A DNA stretch of 64,000 nucleotides from Nitrosopumilus sp. (GCA_965224195.1 OZ245040.1:1920001-1984000); one strand, 5' to 3'. Shown: positions 10,162 to 20,274, counted from the stretch's first letter. A program made the numbers and translations. The notes: a model not told the origin generated them from the letters alone.

Positions 10162-11307
10162 ATGTCTCAACGAACAGGTAAAGTTGAAAAGGATGTTAAT
10201 GCATCTACTGCCAATAAATTACTAGTAATTTGCATTGATAGGGATAATGATGTAGGTGAAAAAGCAGGTATTGTTACACCAGTCATTGGTAGAGATGCAT
10301 GTATTGAGGCAGCTCAAAGATTAGCTTTAGAAGATCCTGAAGATGCAGATTCAAATTCTATTTTTGCGGCAATTAAAACATATGAAGATTTAATCAGTAA
10401 AGGATACCAAGTTGAGGTTGTAACTGTTGCAGGGGTTAAAGATAGAGGAGTTCAAGCTGATGAAAAAATTTTAGTAGAAACAAGAAAGGTTTTAGAAAAA
10501 TTTTCGGCAAACGGTGCAGTTATTGTATCTGATGGAGAAGATGATGAAAGTGTAATACCTGTAATTCAAAATGTGCTTCCAGTAGTATCAGTACAACGTG
10601 TAATAATGAAAGTTAGTAGAAGTGTAGAATATTCGTATGCAGTTTTTGGAAAATATCTCAAAATGCTTGCATATGATTCAAAATATTCAAAATTCTTTTT
10701 AGGAGTTCCAGGAATTCTTTTGTTAATAGGAGGTGTTGCAACAGTGTTTGGTTATACCGCAGAAATATTTGCAGTACTAGTAAGTATTTTGGGTGGCGCA
10801 TTTTTAATTAGGGCATTTGATATTGATAGAGTATGGTCAAGTTGGTCAAAACCAACACCGATGGGTTTTATCAGAATGTTTACAATGGTTGCAGGTGTTT
10901 TACTAATTCTTTCATCTGTACCAGCTGGAGTTAGTACAGTTGATCCAGAATTAATAAAAACAGATGCAACATTTGTTTCAACAATTACAGACAAAATGAT
11001 AGTTGGACAATTCGTGTCGGGAGTAATACCAATTTTATGGATTGGGTTAGGTTCAATATTTGCAGGTATATTACTCAGTAATTGGATTGGGGGAATTCCA
11101 AGGCAGATTAGTGATATTTTGAGAATTATTGTATTGGGTGCACTTTACCCAACGGTATTGCAATTTACCAACATTATGATCAATGATGAACCCTCACTTA
11201 CACTGATTCCACCATTACTAGGAGGATTAGCAGCAACTCTAGTCTCAGCTACAATTCTCTTTAAAAAATATAGAAAGCATAAAGATCAAGAAATGATTTC
11301 AGACTAA
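10162..11307 (+). CDS. DUF373 family membrane protein
   Basis: LVICIDRDND, DPEDADSN, VSDGEDDE plus multiple TM segments. Confidence 0.88.
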   Translation: MSQRTGKVEKDVNASTANKLLVICIDRDNDVGEKAGIVTPVIGRDACIEAAQRLALEDPEDADSNSIFAAIKTYEDLISKGYQVEVVTVAGVKDRGVQADEKILVETRKVLEKFSANGAVIVSDGEDDESVIPVIQNVLPVVSVQRVIMKVSRSVEYSYAVFGKYLKMLAYDSKYSKFFLGVPGILLLIGGVATVFGYTAEIFAVLVSILGGAFLIRAFDIDRVWSSWSKPTPMGFIRMFTMVAGVLLILSSVPAGVSTVDPELIKTDATFVSTITDKMIVGQFVSGVIPILWIGLGSIFAGILLSNWIGGIPRQISDILRIIVLGALYPTVLQFTNIMINDEPSLTLIPPLLGGLAATLVSATILFKKYRKHKDQEMISD

Positions 11308-11394
11308 ATTCATTCAAAAATGAATTAATAATTCAAATTTCTGAAAAACACTGATATCTTCTATCAAGTGTAAATTATCAAAGGGTGAATAGAT

Positions 11395-12186
11395 ATTAGT
11401 AAAATCAAAGATTTAATTTTTAAGACTTCAGGACTCTATAAGATCTACAGTAAAAGATTAGAAAATGAAATTAAAAATGGAGACATTCCTAATCACGTTG
11501 CATTAATTTTGGATGGTAATAGAAGATGGGCCAAAGTGCATCTTTCAATGCCAAAAAAAGGTCATTGGAAAGGAGCAGATGCTGTTGAAAATCTTCTTGA
11601 CTGGTGTGAAGAATTTGATATCAAAATTGTTACTTTGTATGCACTTTCTGCAGAAAATCTTGATAGAAATGATGATGAATTGAAATACCTTTATGAATTA
11701 ATTCAAATGAGATTAGAGAAATTATTGAATGATCCAAGAATCCATAGAAGTAAAATGAGAGTTAAAGGGATTGGAAGAATAGAACTTTTGCCTGAATCAA
11801 TTAAAAAAGTTTTACAGCAATTAGATGAGGCCACAAAAGAATATGATAATCATTTTCTAAATATTGCACTTGCATATGGAGGACAAAATGAATTAGTAGA
11901 TGCAGTAAAAAAAATTGGAAGTAAAATAAAAGAAGGATCTCTTAATGTAGAAGACATAAACAAGAAAGAAATTGAATCAAATCTCTATACATCACATTTA
12001 CCACAATCATCACCAGACATGGTTTTAAGAACTTCAGGAGAAAAAAGATTAAGTGGGTTTTTGATGTGGCAAAGTGCCTATAGTGAATTAGTCTTTATGG
12101 ATATTTTTTGGCCAGAATTTAGAAAAATAGATTTAATGAGGGCAATTAGAACATATCAAGTGAGGAAGAGGAGATTAGGAAAATGA
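11395..12186 (+). CDS. uppS: cis-prenyltransferase (polyprenyl diphosphate synthase)
   Basis: IPNHVALILDGNRRWA, YALSAEN, AYGG, RTSGEKRLSGFLMWQSAYSEL; frame is open upstream to ATA/ATT at 11389/11395. Confidence 0.93.
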   Translation: MSKIKDLIFKTSGLYKIYSKRLENEIKNGDIPNHVALILDGNRRWAKVHLSMPKKGHWKGADAVENLLDWCEEFDIKIVTLYALSAENLDRNDDELKYLYELIQMRLEKLLNDPRIHRSKMRVKGIGRIELLPESIKKVLQQLDEATKEYDNHFLNIALAYGGQNELVDAVKKIGSKIKEGSLNVEDINKKEIESNLYTSHLPQSSPDMVLRTSGEKRLSGFLMWQSAYSELVFMDIFWPEFRKIDLMRAIRTYQVRKRRLGK

Positions 12187-12602
12187 TTGAAGAAACATCT
12201 GCAGGAATAGTATTATTTAGAAAAGAGGAATCTAAAAATTTATTTTTACTTTTACACTATCCTTCAGGACATTGGGACTTTGTTAAAGGTAAAATGGAAA
12301 AAAATGAAACAATTCATGAAACAGCAATAAGAGAAACAAAAGAAGAAACTGGAATTACCGATGTAAAATTTTTGGATAATTTTGAAGAATGGATTGAATA
12401 TAATTTTCAATATCAAGGTGAATTAGTCCATAAAAAAGTAGTATTTTTCTTGGCTGAAACAAATACTAAAAATATAGAAATATCTCATGAACATCTAGAT
12501 TACACCTGGGTGGATTATAATACTGCCATGGAAAAAACTACTTTTGATAATGCAAAAACAGTTTTAACAAAAGCACAAGTGTTACTTTCCAAAACTTTGT
12601 AA
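12183..12602 (+). CDS. NUDIX hydrolase (Ap4A hydrolase-like)
   Basis: WDFVKG...AIRETKEETG Nudix box; SHEH. Confidence 0.9.
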   Translation: MIEETSAGIVLFRKEESKNLFLLLHYPSGHWDFVKGKMEKNETIHETAIRETKEETGITDVKFLDNFEEWIEYNFQYQGELVHKKVVFFLAETNTKNIEISHEHLDYTWVDYNTAMEKTTFDNAKTVLTKAQVLLSKTL

Positions 12603-13322
12603 TTGTAATTCTTTTGCAACTTGTGTAGGGTTTTTTGAATTTAGAATTGTTCTTCCAACAATGAGATAATTAGTTCCAGATGAAATTACTTCATTTGCAT
12701 TACCTCCTTGAGTACCAACACCTGGAGAAAAAATACTCAAATTTTTTCCTGCTTGTTTAGAACAGTATTGAATTATTTTTGGAAATGTAGCCCCTACCAC
12801 AATTCCATCAACCTTTGCAGTTAGAGCCCAATTCAAAAATAGTTGGTATAATTGTTGCTTTTTACCCATTTTAATTTCCATGTCATATGATAATTTAGCC
12901 TCAGGTACGCTCATATGACATAATGTGATAATCCCTTTACCATTTTTGTGAGCAGATTTCACTAAATTTTTTAAACTATCAAGACCCATAATTGGATTTG
13001 TGATAACTGCATCAAATCCTAAATTCCACAAATGATCAGCAGTTACTCTATTAGTATTTCCAATATCATTAAGTTTGATATCAGCAATAGTTTGTAATCC
13101 ATATCTATGTGCAGTTTTGTTAATTTTTTGAATTTCTTTTCCACTTAGTGGTAAAAGTAAATGAAAATTTAATTTAATTCCACATAGAAATGGATGTAAT
13201 TGCTTTATGTTTTGAATTGTTTTTGATTCTAAATTTTTAACAGATAGATCATAATCATTGGCAAGAATGACTTTGCCATTAGTTTTTGATACCTGTGAAA
13301 GTCTAGTTTTGAAGGTGGCCAT
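12582..13322 (-). CDS. pyrF: orotidine 5'-phosphate decarboxylase
   Basis: ADIKLNDIGNT, VVGAT, SPGVGTQGG, IVGR. Confidence 0.93.
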   Translation of the reverse strand: MATFKTRLSQVSKTNGKVILANDYDLSVKNLESKTIQNIKQLHPFLCGIKLNFHLLLPLSGKEIQKINKTAHRYGLQTIADIKLNDIGNTNRVTADHLWNLGFDAVITNPIMGLDSLKNLVKSAHKNGKGIITLCHMSVPEAKLSYDMEIKMGKKQQLYQLFLNWALTAKVDGIVVGATFPKIIQYCSKQAGKNLSIFSPGVGTQGGNANEVISSGTNYLIVGRTILNSKNPTQVAKELQLQSFGK

Positions 13323-13983
13323 AATCTACTAGTGGGTGAGTGTCTTTCAATTTTATTATTTTGATATAAGAATATCCATGTTCAGATGGATTTTCTACGA
13401 ATGTTGGTTGTGTTCCATTAGTCGTAGAGAATTTTAAAAATGGATTTTGTGGATCGGAATCTAACACTACATGACAAAAATAAGATGTTCCCTCATCATT
13501 GAAATTCATGAAAACCCCAATTAGCCATTTATTATTATGAGGAAATAAGAATAATGGGAATGGGATCTCTTCTAGTCCCCAAGTAAGTTTTGCAAGACTA
13601 GACATATCTTCTAATTGAATTGGTTGATATCTATCCAAAGTGCCATTACCAGGTTGTAATGTTTTAGGTAATGATTTGATCCTAACAATTGGAGAATAAA
13701 GTTTGCTAGCATCTGAAGTAGTATCAACAATTTCTGATTCTTCTTTACCACCTTTTAATCCATAACAAAGATAGTGACCTTTGTTTTGAAGAGGAGTATA
13801 GTATACAATTGGTTTTTCTTTTAAAACATCCATCTGTACTGATAAAATTTTCTTTCCATCATAATCATGTAAAAATGAAACACGAGGAGCACGCTCTAAT
13901 GCACAAACGAGCCTAGTAAATTCTAAAGTTGAATGGACTTGGATGTAACGTGGTAATTTATCAGTAGTTTGTAACTTGTCCAC
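13303..13983 (-). CDS. conserved hypothetical protein
   Basis: 226-aa ORF overlapping the pyrF start. Confidence 0.75.
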   Translation of the reverse strand: MDKLQTTDKLPRYIQVHSTLEFTRLVCALERAPRVSFLHDYDGKKILSVQMDVLKEKPIVYYTPLQNKGHYLCYGLKGGKEESEIVDTTSDASKLYSPIVRIKSLPKTLQPGNGTLDRYQPIQLEDMSSLAKLTWGLEEIPFPLFLFPHNNKWLIGVFMNFNDEGTSYFCHVVLDSDPQNPFLKFSTTNGTQPTFVENPSEHGYSYIKIIKLKDTHPLVDYGHLQN

Positions 13984-14032
13984 AGGGATTAGCTGTTGGT
14001 TATCAAATTAAACTTATCCAAAACAAAGGAGC

Positions 14033-15034
14033 CTAGTTTCTTCTATCAACAACATCATTGACAGCAGGACCAGTTCCAATAATTGTAACAGGCGTGTTTA
14101 ATTCTTTTTCAATATTTTTAATGAATGCTTTTGCATCTACAGATAATTTATCGTAAGAAGTTTCACCTGCACAATCAGTAAAGAGTACATCTAATTTTGT
14201 TATAGAAATTTGTGTCGCACCATTAAGCATAATTGCACGCCTAGCTAAATCAAAATCAAAATCTGCAACACGTCTTTGACGACCTGTAACCGTACCAAAT
14301 TCAGACCAGCCTTTTTTTTCTGCGTCTTCAAGTGAAAGTTCCTTATCAAGAGGTCCAGTTCCAACACGCGTAACATATGATTTGAAGACAATAATTACTT
14401 CATCTACTTTAGTTGGTCCAAGACCAATATCAGCACAGATTCCTGAAGCAGTAACATCTTTTGATGTTACAAATGGATATGTTCCATGCCAGAGAGAAAG
14501 AAAAGTTCCTTGTGTACCCTCTACCAAGACATTTTCATTTGCATCAAGTGCAGAATTTACCTCTAAAGGCACATCAACGATTAGGGAAGATAATGAATCG
14601 AAATCTTTTGCTAGTTTTAAAACTCTCATAGCACGGTCAGCATTTGCAGGTCCAGTTCCAGAACCAGTACTTCCAATTTTTTCTTTTAATTCTCCTTTTG
14701 AATCTCTGATCAAATGAGTTTCTTCAATAACCCCACAGTGTTTATCAATAAAAGAACGTCCTGTTACATCAAAATCTTGAATTTCTTTGTTAAGAACATC
14801 AGGATTAATTACAACACCAGGCCCAATCATTACTTTGGCATTTTTATTAAGAAATCCACTTGGAATCATTCTTACTTTATACACTTTATCTCCATCTCTA
14901 ATTGTATGACCAGCATTTGGGCCAGCACCACCGCGTACGATTATTTTTGGATTATCTTTAATTGCTAAATATGAGATGATCTTTCCTTTTCCTTCATCTC
15001 CAAAAAATCCGCCAACAACTACAGTTGATGTCAT
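14033..15034 (-). CDS. purA: adenylosuccinate synthetase (short archaeal form)
   Basis: GDEGKGK, NAGHT, EGTQG, YPFVTS, GTVTGRQRR, TKLD. Confidence 0.96.
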   Translation of the reverse strand: MTSTVVVGGFFGDEGKGKIISYLAIKDNPKIIVRGGAGPNAGHTIRDGDKVYKVRMIPSGFLNKNAKVMIGPGVVINPDVLNKEIQDFDVTGRSFIDKHCGVIEETHLIRDSKGELKEKIGSTGSGTGPANADRAMRVLKLAKDFDSLSSLIVDVPLEVNSALDANENVLVEGTQGTFLSLWHGTYPFVTSKDVTASGICADIGLGPTKVDEVIIVFKSYVTRVGTGPLDKELSLEDAEKKGWSEFGTVTGRQRRVADFDFDLARRAIMLNGATQISITKLDVLFTDCAGETSYDKLSVDAKAFIKNIEKELNTPVTIIGTGPAVNDVVDRRN

Positions 15035-15113
15035 ATTGTTAAACGTCTATTTGGTTTATTTAAGCTAAAGTATTTTCCATGATTTTATATTCAACATATA
15101 GAAATTTAGATCG

Positions 15114-15575
15114 ATGGTTGGTGAAAATTTTGTAGGTAATATTATTATCAACTTGGCAAATTTACCGGATTTTCTAAGAAATCCAATTTTAAAAAAAAGA
15201 ATGATAGAATTTTTTTCATTGTCTGATGAAGAAAAAATTGAAGTTATCAATAATGCATTAGAAGCTGGTCCTACAATTCCTTTTCCTAACTTTTCAAAAC
15301 TTTTCAAAACATGGCTCAAAATTTTAACAACATTATCTGAAGAACAAAGAGAAGGGTTATTTTCAGCATATATTACAGAGGTTGCTCGCTCACCACAAAA
15401 ACTAATTGAATTTAATGTTGATGGGATTTTAGAGATATTTTTGACATTAGAAGAAAATGAAAGAGAAATTCTTGCAATTACAATTAAAAAAATAATCAAT
15501 AATTTAGATGAAAATTCAAAAAGACGAATTTTGCTAGTGATACCAGAAAATGCTAAAAAACACTTAAAATTTTAG
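15114..15575 (+). CDS. conserved hypothetical helical protein
   Basis: 153-aa ORF with natural composition. Confidence 0.7.
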   Translation: MVGENFVGNIIINLANLPDFLRNPILKKRMIEFFSLSDEEKIEVINNALEAGPTIPFPNFSKLFKTWLKILTTLSEEQREGLFSAYITEVARSPQKLIEFNVDGILEIFLTLEENEREILAITIKKIINNLDENSKRRILLVIPENAKKHLKF

Positions 15576-15853
15576 GCGCCTGGTCGTTCTTCAGGTTTTC
15601 GGTTATCTTCATTGGTGTAATCAACCACTTCTCCTTCTGGAGACAAAACACCTACAAAGATCTTCTCATGTTTTTTTAATAATTTCCTATGATCCAACAT
15701 AGACATATCAAGTTTCATCTCATTCATTACCATGATTTGATATTCTTTCCATTCAGCCCAACATTTGTTACATGTAGGATATTTTGCTGCAACAACTCCT
15801 AGTTCTTCGTTATCAGGGATAGAATTCTTACATTTGGTACAAGTACGACTCAT
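15572..15853 (-). CDS. Fe(II)-trafficking protein YggX-like
   Basis: MSRTCTKC...CNKCWAEWKEYQIMVMNEMKLD; ATG at 15853 preferred over the track start. Confidence 0.8.
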   Translation of the reverse strand: MSRTCTKCKNSIPDNEELGVVAAKYPTCNKCWAEWKEYQIMVMNEMKLDMSMLDHRKLLKKHEKIFVGVLSPEGEVVDYTNEDNRKPEERPGA

Positions 15854-15930
15854 AAAAAATAAGAATAATGAACTCCTTTTATCTTTTATTGAATGTAAAA
15901 CAATAATAATTATCAAAGAGGTATGGAGGC

Positions 15931-16140
15931 ATGAAGATAAAATGCCCAAAATGTAAAGAAAATGCAGAATTGGCAATGGATTATTCAGTTGTAAAATGTG
16001 GTTCTTGTGATTTGGATATGAGCTATGGAGAATACGTAAAATTTGTGGCTCATAATGAACCAAAATATTCAGATATTTTAGGAGATTATGCAGCTAGTAC
16101 AGAAGGCCATACTTCGGGTTCTTTGGATGAATGGGATTAA
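15931..16140 (+). CDS. Zn-ribbon small protein
   Basis: CPKC...CGSC. Confidence 0.75.
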   Translation: MKIKCPKCKENAELAMDYSVVKCGSCDLDMSYGEYVKFVAHNEPKYSDILGDYAASTEGHTSGSLDEWD

Positions 16141-16200
16141 CAAAATAGTGTAATGATTCATCAGATTAAAATAATTAATTAAACAAGATTCTATTCATCA

Positions 16201-16842
16201 TTGGAATTTTTATTAGAAAATATTCTTAACTTGGTAGGATTTTTGGTAGGACTTGCAATCGGCATAATGTCATATATTGGATTTAGAAATACAGGAAGTC
16301 CAACATTATTTAGATTAACAATTGCATTTTCTTCAATTAGTTTAGGATTTTTTGTCATATGGACAGGGTATATGGTAGAAGACTTTGTAACAAAAACAGG
16401 AAGTGTTGAAAGATGGATTCAAACTTTAGGAATTGCAATTCAAACAGTTGGATATTTTTTTATTGCATTTTCACATAGCATAAAATCATTCTTTCCAAAA
16501 TCTAGTTACTTTAGATCAGTTGGAATAATACCATTATTCCTAGTATCATCGGTTCAGTTGGAACATATTTTCCGATCTGTTTCATTCATCCTATTAGCAT
16601 ATGGTGCAATTGAAACAATGTTATCATATTTTGAAAATAGGAATAAAGGCGCAATATCAATTTCAATAGGATTAGGACTTTTAGCATTAGGAGAATTTGT
16701 AGGATGGTATTCATTTGTATTTCCGGAATCAATTCTGTACTCAGCATCAATGATAATCAAAATTGGAGGATTGATAGCATTATTCATTCCCGTAAGCAAA
16801 GTGCCTCTAACCAAGATAAAATTTGATGAAGATTTAGAATAA
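16201..16842 (+). CDS. polytopic membrane protein (7TM sensor-like)
   Basis: about 7 hydrophobic helices; upstream of a wHTH gene. Confidence 0.75.
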   Translation: MEFLLENILNLVGFLVGLAIGIMSYIGFRNTGSPTLFRLTIAFSSISLGFFVIWTGYMVEDFVTKTGSVERWIQTLGIAIQTVGYFFIAFSHSIKSFFPKSSYFRSVGIIPLFLVSSVQLEHIFRSVSFILLAYGAIETMLSYFENRNKGAISISIGLGLLALGEFVGWYSFVFPESILYSASMIIKIGGLIALFIPVSKVPLTKIKFDEDLE

Positions 16843-16962
16843 TTAATTATCAGGCGCAAGATTTAGAATAATTTCAAATTTGTCAAATTCTTTTATCTTT
16901 TTAGTATATTGGAAAATATCAGTGCCCTCTCATAGAAATTAGAATAATCATCAAGTGTACAA

Positions 16963-17250
16963 ATGGCTGAATATAGAACACATATGAAAATTATTGGAGA
17001 TATTCTAGCAACAACAAGAGATGACTTACAAGATGAAGATGGAGCATCAGTTACTTATCTAATTAGAAAAGCCAATATTTCACATTCAAGGATTTCAACT
17101 ATTTTGAAAACTCTAGTATCTCAAGGACTTTTAGAAAAAGTAGACAATCAAGGTTCAAAGAAATATAAAATTAGTGATCCAGGTAGAGAATTTTTACAAG
17201 CATATTATACATTTACAAACTTTGCAAATGATTTTGGATTAAGCATCTAA
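16963..17250 (+). CDS. winged-HTH transcriptional regulator (HTH_45/DUF4364-like)
   Basis: YRTHMKIIGDIL...ANISHSR...YKISDPGREFL. Confidence 0.85.
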   Translation: MAEYRTHMKIIGDILATTRDDLQDEDGASVTYLIRKANISHSRISTILKTLVSQGLLEKVDNQGSKKYKISDPGREFLQAYYTFTNFANDFGLSI

Positions 17251-17354
17251 TCTGTTACTTCTTCAGATTCAGCTAAATTATCATCAAAATCATCATCAAA
17301 ATCATCATCAAAATCATCTTCAAAATCATTATCCTCATAATCTATAGTTGACAT
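17247..17354 (-). CDS. 35-aa highly acidic microprotein with DDDF repeats
   Basis: MSTIDYEDNDFEDDFDDDFDDDFDDNLAESEEVTD; 12-bp tandem repeat in frame. Confidence 0.5.
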   Translation of the reverse strand: MSTIDYEDNDFEDDFDDDFDDDFDDNLAESEEVTD

Positions 17355-17395
17355 ACTTTTCAAAGAAGTGTCTAAACTGTTAAAAACTTATTCAA

Positions 17396-18031
17396 ATGAA
17401 AATGATAATTAAAGAAAAAAATAATGATAATGTATTGAAAGTAAGTTGCAACAAAGAAGGCATAGAAAAAGCTTCAGAAATAATTAATTATGGAGGAATT
17501 ATAATTTTTCCAACGGATACTGTTTATGGAATTGGATGTAATCCATACAATAAAGAATCAGTAGAAAAAATCTATAAAATTAAATCAAGAAATATCATGA
17601 AATCAGTTCCGGTTTTAACATATTCAATTGAAACAGCTGAAAAAATAGTTGAATTTGATCAATTTACTAAAAAAATTGTTGAAAAATTTTGGCCTGGTCC
17701 ACTAACAGTAATTTTGAAAGTTACAGACAAGAAAATTAAAGAATCATTGCATTTAGAAAATAAAATTGCTATCAGGATTCCTGATCATAAATGTACATTA
17801 GAATTATTAAAAAAATGTAATTTTCTAGTAGGAACTAGTGCAAATATTTCTGGGGATTTATCATATACAGATCCAGAAAAATGTTTGAAAAAATTAGAAG
17901 CCTATGATGTTTTTGTTGATGGTGGTATAATTACAAGTAAAGGAGAATCAACAATAATTGAAATAGAAAATGAACAGATCAAAATAATCCGGAAAGGTTC
18001 TTTAACCAAAGAGGAAATTTTACAATCATGA
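17396..18031 (+). CDS. L-threonylcarbamoyladenylate synthase (TsaC/Sua5 N-domain)
   Basis: PTDTVYGIG, IKSR, FWPGPLT, TSANISG, STII. Confidence 0.93.
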   Translation: MKMIIKEKNNDNVLKVSCNKEGIEKASEIINYGGIIIFPTDTVYGIGCNPYNKESVEKIYKIKSRNIMKSVPVLTYSIETAEKIVEFDQFTKKIVEKFWPGPLTVILKVTDKKIKESLHLENKIAIRIPDHKCTLELLKKCNFLVGTSANISGDLSYTDPEKCLKKLEAYDVFVDGGIITSKGESTIIEIENEQIKIIRKGSLTKEEILQS

Positions 18032-18549
18032 ATCTAATAATTACTTGTCCTAGGCATCTTGAACCAGAAACAGAAGAGGAATTAATCAATATTTTAGAAG
18101 AATTTGGAGATTCTGATGTTAAAGTCACAATCACTAACATGTCAGGTATTTTGACTGCTGAAACAAAACTTGACCCTATAGAAGTTGTAAGAAAAATTAA
18201 GGAAATGCTTCTTGATGAACCATGGAGTGTGAGATATTGTAAAAGAATCATTCCAATACAGAAAGTTGTTGAATCAAATATCGGAGAAATCGAAAAAAGT
18301 GTTGCAGAATTATCAAATCAAATTTTAGATGAGGAGACATATAGGATATCAATTGAAAAAAGAAATTCAGATTTATCAAGTAAAGAAATTATCACAAAAA
18401 TTGCCAATAATATAAAAAATAAAGTTTCTCTAGAATTTCCAGATAGAATTCTATTAATTGAAATTTTAGGTAATAAAACAGGTGTTTCTATTCTAAAAAA
18501 ATTAGATATTCTAAGTACAGAAAAAACCAAACGAAGTATGTCAGAGTAA
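18028..18549 (+). CDS. THUMP-domain RNA-binding protein
   Basis: RIIPIQ, YRISIEKRNS, KVSLEFPD. Confidence 0.88.
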   Translation: MNLIITCPRHLEPETEEELINILEEFGDSDVKVTITNMSGILTAETKLDPIEVVRKIKEMLLDEPWSVRYCKRIIPIQKVVESNIGEIEKSVAELSNQILDEETYRISIEKRNSDLSSKEIITKIANNIKNKVSLEFPDRILLIEILGNKTGVSILKKLDILSTEKTKRSMSE

Positions 18550-19314
18550 CACAGTAGCTTTTTCAACTAAAATATCAGCCAAAGGGTTTTTTGAAATAAT
18601 TGAATCAGTATGTTTTGTTGTTATTTTGAATTGTTTCTTTAGAAAAGACTCATTATTTTTTGAAAACATTGGACTAGATATTGACTTTAATTCAAGATAC
18701 AATGAATTAAGAGTTTTTTTATTCCCAATTGCAATAATAACAAAATTAGTATTAAATTTAATTCCAACATTTTTAATTGCATCAGAAATTTGTGTAATTA
18801 AAGCAAATCTCATTAGAATGTCAGTTTCAAGTTTGTTTGAAAGTAAAATATTATTTTTTTCAGATTCAATAGATAATGAAATAATTTTTTTTAAATGATG
18901 ATTATTTAGAATATAATTACTAGATACAGCTTGAAGTACAACTTTAGGATATTTTTTTCTCAAGTCATCGATGAATTTCACATTAATTGATTTTTGACCT
19001 TTAATTTCAATAACCTGAATTATTTTTTTAGAAAATTCAAAATTAACTTTTTTTGATGATCCACCATGAATCACAGGGATTATACTTACAAGATCATTTT
19101 CTTGTATTATTGTAGATGTACCATACATTGCAGAAGAATCAGCACCATTAATTGCAATTAAAACATTATCAGTATCAAGATTTGGTGTATCTACAGGTTT
19201 TAGTTTCAGTAGTAAATTAATCAATTCATGAATGGTTAAATTAGATTGATCAATTTTTAATTGTTCTACCGGGAAAGATTTTTTTGCACCACCTACAAAT
19301 TTTACAGTAAACAT
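18541..19314 (-). CDS. ubiquitin-like (MoaD/ThiS/Urm1) - Cgi121 fusion
   Basis: beta-grasp N-domain ending IPVIHGG, then Cgi121-like L.SNKLETDILMRFA.ITQISDAIK..G. Confidence 0.85.
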   Translation of the reverse strand: MFTVKFVGGAKKSFPVEQLKIDQSNLTIHELINLLLKLKPVDTPNLDTDNVLIAINGADSSAMYGTSTIIQENDLVSIIPVIHGGSSKKVNFEFSKKIIQVIEIKGQKSINVKFIDDLRKKYPKVVLQAVSSNYILNNHHLKKIISLSIESEKNNILLSNKLETDILMRFALITQISDAIKNVGIKFNTNFVIIAIGNKKTLNSLYLELKSISSPMFSKNNESFLKKQFKITTKHTDSIISKNPLADILVEKATVLL

Positions 19315-19353
19315 ATCTATCTAATTTAAAATTAAGAAATTATATTTAATTTA

Positions 19354-19719
19354 TTATTCGGTTTCTTCTTCAGCAGTCTTAGAAGATATTTCTTCAGTGG
19401 TTGCCTCAACAACTGTTTCGGTTGCTTCAACAGTTTCTACACCTTCTTCTGCAACAACATCTTCAGTCAATTTTATTTCAGATTTTTCTTCAACTTGTTG
19501 TTCATCTTTTGATGCTGTAATTCTAGCCTGTTTAGCTTTTTCTTCACGTACTTCTTTTTTGATAAATTTAGTAATATAACCTGCAATTTCGTTTTTCAAA
19601 CCTTTAGAACGTACTATAGAAACTTGATCTAAGGCTTTTTTGTTATCGGCAAAATCTTCGCCAAATTTGGTTTTATGATCTACTAGAACTTCATATGAAA
19701 GTCGCTTAATTCTATCCAC
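19354..19719 (-). CDS. rps17e: 30S ribosomal protein S17e with acidic tail
   Basis: IKRLS...F..DF..NKK...SKGLKNEIAGYIT. Confidence 0.93.
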   Translation of the reverse strand: MDRIKRLSYEVLVDHKTKFGEDFADNKKALDQVSIVRSKGLKNEIAGYITKFIKKEVREEKAKQARITASKDEQQVEEKSEIKLTEDVVAEEGVETVEATETVVEATTEEISSKTAEEETE

Positions 19720-19741
19720 TAACCGATTACATGAGGGGGGT

Positions 19742-19757
19742 ATTTTATACCTATATT
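19742..19757 (+). repeat. putative attL, 16-bp direct repeat
   Basis: identical to 28105-28120; CTAAAAA follows shortly after both copies. Confidence 0.8.
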
Positions 19758-19911
19758 AGACTAAAAACGTGTTTGTGTAGGCATAAAAATAATAAAACCG
19801 TAATTTCAACCTATAGGACATTATCTTTAATATTATTTCAATGATTACTACAAATAAATAATATTTTGAGGCTTAATTGTACACTAACAAATAAAGTATA
19901 TAACAATATTT

Positions 19912-19961
19912 GGTGCTGTTTCGTTGATGGGACATCTTGTGCCTGTTTTGTGTCGGGACAT
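19912..19961 (+). repeat. left terminal inverted repeat
   Basis: GGTGCTGTTTCGTTGATGGGACATCTTGTGCCTGTTTTGTGTCGGGACAT; GGGACAT occurs twice. Confidence 0.85.
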
Positions 19962-19966
19962 AAAAT

Positions 19967-20269
19967 TTAGGAATTACTTGTAATCACAGCATTAGAATCT
20001 ACAACAGTATTACCTGATTCTTTATTCAAATTACCATTTACAATACTATGTATAACTAACTCTCCTCCCCGATTTGTTACATTTCCTTTAACTATTCCAT
20101 GTAAATCACATTTAGCAAAATTATTAATTATTAAATCACCATTAATGATTTCATTTAGTATCAAATAGGAATTTTCCTGAACAGTTACATTTCCATCTAT
20201 GATTCCTCTTATTCTCAATTCATGTTTTACAAAAAGATCATTATGAATTGTATCATTAATTTCTTCCAT
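19967..20269 (-). CDS. bactofilin/polymer-forming beta-helix protein
   Basis: repeated (I/V)xG(N/D)(V/L)x(V/I) units. Confidence 0.7.
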   Translation of the reverse strand: MEEINDTIHNDLFVKHELRIRGIIDGNVTVQENSYLILNEIINGDLIINNFAKCDLHGIVKGNVTNRGGELVIHSIVNGNLNKESGNTVVDSNAVITSNS

Positions 20270-20274
20270 GTTAT

